Shown here one piece after another: positions 53,612-64,000 of a stretch of DNA of 64,000 bases. Origin of the DNA: Candidatus Dormiibacterota bacterium (GTDB lineage Bacteria; Chloroflexota; Dormibacteria; Aeolococcales; Aeolococcaceae); NCBI GenBank assembly GCA_963709585.1, contig CAVPXI010000005.1:136183-200182 (forward strand), in the 5' to 3' direction. Under the pieces are notes generated by a model. That model had not been told where the DNA came from, made no database searches, and saw only the letters and a program-made list of their open reading frames with translations. A program made the position numbers and the translations under genes. Positions within the stretch are counted from its first letter, which is position 1, and every line of letters begins with the position of its first letter.

Positions 53612-53946
53612 TCGGTTTCGTCGATACGCCTCGCGAGCTCGCGGCCATCGTCGACCGGCAGCTCCATGGATGCGTCGTACACGAAGCTGTACACATTGCC
53701 GAGCGTCCAGTCGCCGAATCCGAGTGACGCGAGCGCGTCCGGAAGCCGCGGCTCACTCAGGTCGGCTTCGAACGTGTCGGTCGCTGCCTTGTACAGAGAG
53801 CTGAGGTTGCGGTACTCGGTCTCGTACTCCTCGATCAGCGCCAAGTCCGCCTCCTCTTCGCGAAGTCGGGCGAGCGTCCGGCGCAACGACTGGATCTCCA
53901 GCTGGTACTCGTCCACCCTCGCGCGAGTGTAGAGGACGGAGGTCAC
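53569..53946 (-). CDS. Hypothetical protein
   Basis: 125-aa ORF with coding-like codon use; GTGA overlap with the upstream gene. Confidence 0.7.
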   Translation of the reverse strand: MTSVLYTRARVDEYQLEIQSLRRTLARLREEEADLALIEEYETEYRNLSSLYKAATDTFEADLSEPRLPDALASLGFGDWTLGNVYSFVYDASMELPVDDGRELARRIDETDYAASLLAVLDAED

Positions 53947-56175
53947 CTGTTCGCGCTGGGGGGAACCTCAGCCGGGTAGAGGCGGGCGAACCGGCGCCGT
54001 TCGAGCGCGAAGTACACCGCAGTTCCGGCCCCCGCGGTCAGCAGAGCGATCACCGCGCCAAGGCCGAACCAGCCGCCCGGGAAGCTCTTCAGGAAACCGC
54101 CGCTTGGGTCTCCCGCGAGGCCCGGCGAGGCCAGCGCGCAGACCGAGTACGTGAGGAACTTCGCATAGACACCATTCACGAAATCGGTCTGGTACTCCTG
54201 ACTGTTGACGAGTTTCTGCGCCACCGCCCCCTGCCACCCCCCGCCATGAGGCTGGATGTTGAGGTAGGCGGTTTCCTCGGTCTCGTTGCCGGCCCGCATG
54301 AGCAGCGTGGGGATCAGGTGGACGACGAACCTGGAGTCGGTGCCGCCTTCATCGGCGTAGAACTCAGCGGTGGCGACAATCGTCTCGATGAGCAACTCGT
54401 CCGGCGTCTGCAGCGACTTGATCGCGCCGCCGAGGATCCCCTGGCCGGCGTCGTTCTCGGTCGTGAACGGGGCCCTGAGCAGCAGTTGCTGGTAGTCCAG
54501 CGACACCAGGAGGTCCTGGTAGATGACCGATCCGGTCATGTCCTGGGCGAAGTTGAGATGGCCGGGCGCGTCGTTGGTGTACTTGTTCAGCGCCGCCTGC
54601 AGCTCAGCCTGGGTCGGCGCGCGCCCGATCAGATCCTGGTAGACGCCTTCGATGAGACCCGTCTGGGTGCTCCCGTGGTTCTGGTAGTACTGGGAGCTGC
54701 TGAGCACACCGGCGATGATGTACTCCTCCGTCTTCCCGTTCGCCAACTCGGTTATCGCAGCAGAGAGTTGAGCAGCAGTCGGCGTGGCGATGGTGCTCAC
54801 GCATTCCTGCGCGCGAAGCTCCTGGCAGGTCCGGTGCATGTAGTTGGCGAAGAACGATGTCACCTCGTCGACGCGGAACGCCGGGCCGGAGACCACGTTC
54901 ACAGCCGCGGTGAGCCTCGCCGCCGCGCTGCCGGCCTGGATCTGCGCCATGAGTGTGGCGTCGGCGGTGAGCTGGTCCGACGTCGGTGGCCCGTTGAGCA
55001 GATCCTGGTTCAGCTGGTTGATGAAACTCGAAGCCGTGCCCCCGACCAGCTTGTAGTACTCGGCGGAGCCAGCGATCTCTTCCACCATGGCGTTCCCGGA
55101 GAGGCCGGTGGTCCCAGGCCCCGAGAGCCGGTTGACCCAGAGCGCCAGGTCGGTGTTGCTGGGGTAGGTCTTCAGGAGTGCGTGAAACGCCTGGTCGACG
55201 CGAATCGCCCGTGCCTCGGGGCTCAGCACCACGGTCTGGACGAGCTGGAGCCGGCCGGCATCGCCTCCTCCCGTGACGATGGGGAGCGCGGTCGCAACCT
55301 CGACCGGCGTCGGATCGTGGCGGAGCACGTCGTCGTAGAGGCGGGTGACGAAACCGAGGTCGTTGCTGCCGGCGTCGCCGTAGTACTCGGCTGAGGCGAG
55401 CAGCTGGATCTCCACCGCGGTCGGATCCGCCCCAGCGGCGGCCAGCGCGGCGGTGTCGGCTTCGAGCTCACTCGGCGTGGGACTGCGTCCGAACCCGGCG
55501 GAACAGCCGGCGCCTCCCTGCGGGGAACCGCCACCCGATCCACCGCCCCCGCCACCTATGACGAACGGGGTAGGCGTGGGGAGCGGCGTGGGAGTTGGCT
55601 TCGGCGGTTTCGCGGCCGGCACAGTCGGCGCCGGCGCCGTTGTGAAGAACGGCTGCTGCGTCGGCGGCGGGGTCGGTCGAGGGGTCGGCGGCGGGGTCGG
55701 CCTGGGCGTCGGTCGCGGCGTCGGTACCGGAGTGGGTGTCGGAGTAGGAGCAGGAGTTACGGCGAAGGGTGATGTTGCGTTGGCTCCGCTGTTCGCAACC
55801 TGGTTCCCGGTGGTGTTGTCGAAGACCGCCGCGGACGGGAAGTGGTTGTCTCCCCGAGTTCGTGTCGTTGGGCACGATCCCGGTGACGAAGCCGGAGCAG
55901 TTCGAATCGGCTGTCCCCGAACCGATCATCTCCGAAGGATCCGGGCTGTCCCAGAACAGCTGGATGGTCAGACTATCGGTCGATACGCCGCAGTCGGTAG
56001 CGTTCCACGTGTACTGGTACACGACCGACGTCCCGGGCCCGCCGGACCCCGTACTGGGCGGGCCCAGCGTCGCGGCGGTGAACGCGGCAGCCGGTCGCGC
56101 GAACACGGTCGGCAGCGCGAGCGCGCATGCCAACGCGATCACGATGACTCCGGCCCCTCTGCGCATGAAACTCAC
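53943..56175 (-). CDS. Secreted, C-terminally anchored DUF4214-repeat surface protein with PT-rich linker (apparent frameshift at about 55858)
   Basis: Signal peptide, (PT)n linker, repeated FV..LY..LL.R.P...S.EY, C-terminal TM plus RRR. Confidence 0.75.
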
Positions 56176-56216
56176 TCCAACCCCACCTTCCGCTCCCCCG
56201 ATCGACGCGCAGTGCG

Positions 56217-56976
56217 TCAGCCCGTTCTCACATTCACCAGATTACCGACAATGTGCCCTACTCCGAATGCTACCCCAGCCGCGACCGTGGCGAAGGCCAG
56301 CTGGCGGAGCGCCGAGCGGACCCTTGAACGCCCGGTGAAGATCGCAACCGTCCAGCCCACGGCGAACACGGATATGGCGCCGAGCACGATCGACAGGAGG
56401 GCCGCGGTGGTTCCGCTGGCGAAGAACCAGGGGAACAGCGGGATGACCGCCCCGATCGCGAACATCACGAAAGAGGAGCCGGGCTGCCTGCCACGGGTTC
56501 CCGGTCTTGCCGGGCCGCAACCCGAGCTCTTCGCGAGCGTGGACCTCGAGGGCAACCTCGGGGTTCTTCATGATCGCCTCGGCTATCCGGCGTGCATCCG
56601 CCTCCTCGACCCCGCGCAGCCGATACGTGGCTGCCAGCTCCCGGGTCTCGTCCTCGGGGTGGCGCTCCAGCTCACGGCGTTCGATCTCCAGCTCGCGCTG
56701 CAGGAGCTCGGACTGCGCCGCCATCGACACGTACTCGCCGGCAGCCATCGAGAACGCCCCCGCGACCAGGCCCGCCAGTCCGGCGAGCAGGACCACGGAG
56801 GGAAGCGGATTCGCACCGGCGACACCGAGGATCAGCGAGATATTGGTGAGCAGGCCGTCGCTGATGCCGAACACCGCGGCGCGCGCGGCGCCACCCTGGA
56901 GATCGCGGTGGTGAGAACGTTCATGAGGCAGACGGTGCTCGCCGGCCCCGCCTACCGGGGCAACCCTTTGGGCCAT
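56217..56976 (-). CDS. VIT1/CCC1 family Fe/Mn transporter (apparent frameshift at about 56481)
   Basis: RAAVFGISDGL, SMAAGEYVS, REELG, NPWQAA/SSF. Confidence 0.88.
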
Positions 56977-57028
56977 AAAGACAGTATGCCGACGTCTTGA
57001 TCTTCGGCGTCACCAGGGTGGCGCGGAT

Positions 57029-59093
57029 CTAGAAGAAGATGTGGTGCAGCGCGATCGTCGGGATGGCGAGGATCGCGATGATATTCATCACCTTGATCAT
57101 CGGGTTGATCGCGGGGCCGGCGGTGTCCTTGCACGGATCGCCGACGGTGTCGCCGGTGACCGCGGCCGCGTGCGCGTCCGACCCCTTGCCGCCGTAGTTG
57201 CCCTCTTCGATGTACTTCTTGGCGTTGTCCCACGCCCCGCCGCCGGTGGTCATCTGCAAGGCGACGAACACGCCCACAACGATGGTGCCGAGCAGCATCG
57301 CGCCGAGCGCCTGGGCACCGAGCACGAAGCCGACGATGAGCGGAAAGATCACCGGCAGCAGACCCGGGATGATCATCTCGCGCTGCGCGGCGGCGGTCAC
57401 CAGCGCCACGGTTTTGCCGTATTCAGGCTTGGCGGTCCCCTCCATGATGCCGGGGATCTCGCGGAACTGCCGGCGCATCCTCGGTGACCACCGCGCCGGC
57501 GGCTCGTCCGACGGCGAGCATGGCCAGGGAGCCGAAGAGAAACGGCATGATCCCGCCGAGCAGGAGCCCAGCGATGACCGGCGGCGCGGTGAGGTCGAAG
57601 TTGATCGGAGGCAGGTGCGCGCTGAGCAGGGTTTTGTTGAGGATGTCCGTGTAGCTCGCGAACAGCACCAGCGCGGCGAGGCCCGCGGAACCGATCGCGT
57701 AGCCCTTGGTGACCGCCTTGGTGGTGTTGCCCACTGCATCGAGCGGATCGGTGACCTTGCGGACCGACTCGGGGAGGTCGGCCATCTCGGCGATGCCGCC
57801 GGCGTTGTCGGTGATCGGACCGTATGAGTCGATCGCGACCACGATGCCGGTCATGCTCAGCAGCGCCATCGCTGCGATACCGATGCCGTAGAGACCACCG
57901 AGCGCCGCTGACGCAAGGATGCCGACGGCGATGATCAGCACCGGGATCGCGGTTCCCTCCATGCCGATCGCCAGCCCGGCGATGATATTGGTGGCGTGCC
58001 CCGTCTGCGACGCCTTGGCGATGGTGCGCACCGGCCAGAACTGCGCACCGGTGAAGAACTCGGTGACGGCGACGATGAGCACGGTGATGACGATCCCGAT
58101 CACCGCGCACCAGAACAGGTTGAACACCGGGTGGTCGAAGTGGGAGAAGTAACCGCCGTTGTTCAGGAGCACGGTGAGGAGCAGGAACCCGGCGAGCGCG
58201 ACCACCGCCGAGACGATGAGCCCGCGATAGAGGGCACCCATGATCCAGGTCCCCTTGCCCATGCGCACGAAGAACGTGCCGATGATCGAAGCCACGATGC
58301 TGATCGCGCCGAGCATCAGCGGGTAGAACACGAAGACAAGGTCGGGCTGACCGCCGACCTTGTAGAGCAGGCTGCCGAGCAGCATCGTGGCGACCGCCGT
58401 GACCGCGTAGGTTTCGAACAGGTCGGCCGCCATGCCGGCGCAGTCGCCGACGTTGTCGCCCACGTTGTCGGCGATCACCGCAGGGTTGCGCGGGTCGTCC
58501 TCCGGGATGCCGGCCTTGAGCTTGCCGACCAGGTCGGCGCCGACGTCAGCTGCCTTGGTGTAGATGCCACCGCCGAGGCGGGCGAACACCGAGATCAGCG
58601 AGGCACCGAAGGCAAACCCGACCAGCGCATTGAAGTCCTGGAAGAGACCGTAGGCGAGGGCGACGCCGATGAGCCCGAACCCGACCACGAAGAACCCGGT
58701 GACCGCGCCGCCCCTGAACGCGAGCTGCAATGCGGGATTGATCCCGCCGCGTGCCGCCTCAGCGGTGCGCAGGTTGGAGCGCACCGAGATGTTCATCCCG
58801 ACGTACCCGGCCGCGCCGCTCAGCACCGCGCCGATCAGGAAGAGGACACCGGTCTTCCACCCCAGCGTGAAGGTCAGGAAGAGAAAGATGACCGCCCCGA
58901 TCCCGGCGATGATCGTGTACTGCCGGTTCAAGTACGCTTGGGCGCCTTCCTGGATTGCCTTGGCGATCTCCCGCATCCGGTCGTTGCCCTGCGGCTGGCG
59001 GATCACCCAGAAGATCAGATAGACCGCATAGAGGAGAGCGAGCAGCCCGGCTGCGCCGATCGGGAGCAGGATGGCGCGGTCGAGGGTCGGCAT
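57029..59093 (-). CDS. hppA: Membrane-bound H+-translocating pyrophosphatase, K+-independent type (apparent frameshift at about 57478)
   Basis: [38 protein letters not shown]. Confidence 0.93.
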
Positions 59094-59211
59094 GCGCTCA
59101 GGTCTCCTGAGGGAAGTGAGTGAGTGCCCGGCGGCTCTAATCCGCGCCACCCCGGGGCCGCCGCATTGTACCCGGCCCGTGATCCCGCACACCAACGCCT
59201 ATGCTGGGCTG

Positions 59212-59442
59212 GTGCCGAACGCCACCGGCCTGACCGCGATCGTGACGGTCGGCGATGAGATCCTCAGCGGCCACACGCAGGACACCAACTCGAGCCTGCT
59301 GGCGCGCCTCGCGTTCGCGTCGGGACGCCCCGTCTCTCACATCGAGGTGGTCGGCGACCAGCCCGAGGCGATCGTCGCGGCGATCCGGCGTGCGATCGAC
59401 GACCCGGAGATCTCGAGGATCGCAGTCTGCGGCGGCATCGGC
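59212..59442 (+). pseudogene. CinA/molybdopterin-binding domain N-terminus, cut off at the junction
   Basis: VGDEILSG...DTN...GGIG then loss of similarity (GGxGPTxDD expected). Confidence 0.8.
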
Positions 59443-61301
<1,859 letters not shown>

Positions 61302-61318
61302 GCAGCTCCCCAGCCGCT

Positions 61319-61800
61319 TCAAAAATAAAACCGGCTGAGCGTATCGGCCACACACACAGGCTTCGTCGACACCCTGCGCTTCCAGGTCACACGGATCATG
61401 ACCTGGACGCCGCCGGCACTCCCCACATCCTCCACCGCGAGGATCTCGGCGCGTGCGCGGAGCTGCGCCCCGGAGCGCACCACGGACGGAAATCGCACGC
61501 GATCACGCCGTATTGATGCCGTGCGGATGCCCTCGGCGCGCAGCCGAGTTGCGGCAGGAACAGGTTGACCAGAGACGAGCGTGAGATAGCCGTGCGCAAT
61601 AGTGCCACCGAAGGGACCGCTCGGCGGCGCGCTCGGGATCGACGTGGATCCACTGATGGTCGCCGGTCGCGTCCGCGAACTTGTCGATGCGCGCCTGGTC
61701 GATGACGCCAGCCACGCCGTTGGTCCGACCGAGCGGCCGACCGCGCTGCTGAGCATCCTCGGCCAGTAACGAAACACGCGGCGCTCATGGCTGTCCTCAT
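61319..61800 (-). CDS. MaoC-type dehydratase, frameshifted
   Basis: FADATGDHQWIHVDP, PFGGTIAHGYLTL, KPVCVA. Confidence 0.8.
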
Positions 61801-61809
61801 GGATTTCAA

Positions 61810-62632
61810 GCGCGCTGGCTGGACACGAGACAGCACTTCGCCGGTCATGTAGCTCGCCAGATCGCTCGAGAAACACGATGACATTGGCGGCGACTTCCCA
61901 CGTCTCGCGGTGCGCCCGAACGCCTCGCGGCGCTGGAGCCGACTAGCAGCTCATCACGAAGTGACGCTGATTTAGGAACGTGCGGCATGGCGATGCTCGG
62001 GCGCCACCGCGTCGATGCGCACGCCGTGCTCGGCCGCCTCCATCGCCGCACAGCGGGTGAAAGCCATGACCCCGGCCTTGGCCGCGGCGTAGTGCGCTTG
62101 CAGCGCCTGGGCGCGCCAACCCAGCACGAGGCGTTGTTGACGATTGCGCCGCGCCTCGGCGGTACATGTGCGGCAGCATGGCCCGGGTCATGCGGAATAC
62201 ACTGGTGAGCGAGACGTCCAGCACCTTGTGCCATTGCTCGTCGGTCATGTCGACCAGCCGCCGAGCCGCCAAGCCGCCGGTCTACACAAGCCACATCGAT
62301 ATGGCCGAGCGACTCCGATGGCGTCCTCGCGTACCAGCGCCTCGACGTCGCTCCTCACGGGTCACGTCGCACACTCCGCGCCTGCCCGTCTCCGCCCGTC
62401 CCGGCGCCGAGTAGCTGCGCGGCCGCCTCGGCCGAGGCGGCGCTCGTGCGCATCGCTCAAGAACACCCCGCCCGCTCCCTTCCTCGATACAGCGGCGCGC
62501 GGTGGTCGAAGCCGATCTCCGGTGCCTGCGGCCGCAGTCACCAGGTACGGTCTTTCCGGCGAGGAGGTTTCGCTCCCGGTAGGCGGTTGCGGGCGCGGGT
62601 GCGCGCAGTGAGTCCTGGCGGTGGAGGGTCAC
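61810..62632 (-). CDS. Short-chain dehydrogenase, IpdF-like, frameshifted
   Basis: NLLAGKTV, TARRCIEEG, VCDVT, DMTDEQW..VLDV. Confidence 0.7.
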
Positions 62633-63809
62633 TAGCCGCCGCGCGGCTCGCGCAGTCCGAGCGCCCGCTCGGCGATGAGATTGCGCTGGATCTGGTTGGT
62701 GCCGCCGTAGATGTGTCCGCGCGTGAGCCCAGGAACACCGTGGGCAGAGGTCCCCACTCGTAGGGCGCCGCGGCAGCGATCTCGCCCGCGGGTCCGAGCA
62801 CGTCGGCGGCGAGTTCACCGAGCTTCTTGCGCCAGCTGGCCCAGAAGATCTTGTAGTTAGGCCTCGTTGGAAAGGCGCCCCTCCTGGGCAATCGAGAAGC
62901 ATGCGCAATGCGCTGTAGCGCATCAGCTTCAGACCGATGTGCGCGTCGCAAGGCGCTGACGGATGAGCGCATCGTGGACAGCCCGTTGCCGCGCGCGGCC
63001 TCGATGATCGTTCAGCTCGTTCCTGAAGTTCATCTGCTGGCCGAGGGTCGAGACGCCGCGCTCGAAGGCGAGCGTCCCCATGGCCACGCGCCAGCCGTCG
63101 CCCCGGCACCCACCACGTGCTCCTCGGCGGTGCGCGCGTCGGCGAAGAAGGTCTCGTTGAACTCCGCCTCGCCGGTCATCTGACGGATAGGCCGCACCGT
63201 GACCCCCGCCTGACGCATGGGCACGAGCAGGTACGACAGGCCGCGGTGGCCGCGCGAGCCCTCCTCGGTCCGGCACACGACGAAGGCCCAGTCGGCGAAC
63301 TGCGCGAGCGAGGTCCAGATCTTCTGGCCGTTCACCACCCACTCCCGGCCCGTCGCCGCCGGCACAAGCGCGGCGCCGCGTGCGCACGTTGGCCAGATCC
63401 GAGCCCGCACTCGGGGTTCGCTGTAGCCCTGGCACCAGAGCTCCTCGCCGCGCGCGATCGGCGGCAGGAACCGCGCCTTTTGCGCCCCAGTCCCGAAGTG
63501 AGATAGGTCGGCCCGGCAAGTTCGATGCCCAGGTGTCCGATGCGCCCCGGGGACCGCTCGCGCGCGTATTCCTCGGCGAAGATCACCTGCTCGGCGAGCC
63601 TCGCGTTGCGCCCCCCGAACTGCTCCGGCCGGCCGATGAACTCCGGCGTGCCGCCCCCAGCGCACGCTCCCATTCCATGCGCCGCTCGACCGGCGGCTCA
63701 TGCAGGTCTCGCCGCGCAAGTCGCGAAACGGGCCTTGCAGCTGGGCGTTGAGCCAGGCCGCAGCCTCGCTGCGAAACTGCTCCTCGGCGGGCGTGAATCC
63801 AAGCTTCAT
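62632..63809 (-). CDS. Acyl-CoA dehydrogenase (FadE30/IpdE1-like), frameshifted
   Basis: WCQGYSEP, NGQKIWTSLA, RGLSYLLVPM, AEFNETFF. Confidence 0.8.
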
Positions 63810-63820
63810 AAGGCTCCCCC

Positions 63821-63960
63821 TTAAAGGCCGGTGCCGGGGCTTCGAGCCGAGCCCGACGCCAGCAGCGAGCGCTTCGCGCTGCCAGGAGGAGTGCCCATCA
63901 GCGTCGCGGTGGCGCGGGCGCGTTTGAAATACAGGTGCGCATCGTGCTCCCAGGCGGTGA
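63821..63960 (-). CDS. C-terminal fragment of a second acyl-CoA dehydrogenase
   Basis: Minus strand reads WEHDAHLYFKRA. Confidence 0.6.
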
Positions 63961-63966
63961 GCCGAT

Positions 63967-63977
63967 AGCAATACGTA
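63967..63977 (+). other. Oxford Nanopore ligation adapter remnant
   Basis: AGCAATACGTA is the reverse complement of the adapter end TACGTATTGCT; followed by low-GC junk. Confidence 0.7.
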
Positions 63978-64000
63978 CGGAGTCAAGCCATAACAAAACA

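Noticed and set aside
55540-55765. Short tandem repeats
   Set aside because: They encode the Pro-Thr linker of the surface protein.
2624-55861. Phosphorothioate GAAC/GTTC motif as the cause of the errors
   Set aside because: GAAC/GTTC appears only in the erroneous reading; the corrected sequence is GACTC/GAGTC.
2624-57480. Mass pseudogenisation or programmed frameshifting
   Set aside because: Breaks are single insertions, nearly all at one motif, in otherwise pristine genes with no slippery sequences; systematic sequencing error is more parsimonious.

Overview
GC-rich bacterial chromosome segment. Sortase, Gram-positive-type LexA boxes and many leaderless genes suggest a Terrabacteria soil lineage such as Dormibacterota, Chloroflexota or Actinomycetota (inference). 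Bases 1-59.4 kb hold mostly housekeeping and envelope genes: livMGF, a GGDEF protein, an NfeD-flotillin-TelA operon, a metK-manC-PMM-cupin cluster, leucine/acyl-CoA catabolism genes, rnhB and a complete Kdp K+ pump whose sensor is split over three genes, one with a duplicated KdpD domain. They also include a tRNA(CAT)-flanked accessory stretch (DUF222-HNH, STAND-type cyclase), DNA ligase, large secreted proteins, an HD hydrolase, mrp, glcD, VIT1 and a K+-independent H+-PPase. Two technical signals stand out. First, 12 of 14 single-base frameshifts sit at GACTC/GAGTC, most likely a DNA-methylation basecalling signature. Second, at about 59,442 the sequence switches mid-gene into an error-rich foreign segment that ends in a nanopore adapter match. 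The best biological leads are a LexA-boxed orphan HhH protein with a clamp-binding-like motif, and the modular Kdp sensing system with two unannotated peptides and 11-bp-periodic TTGACG operators.
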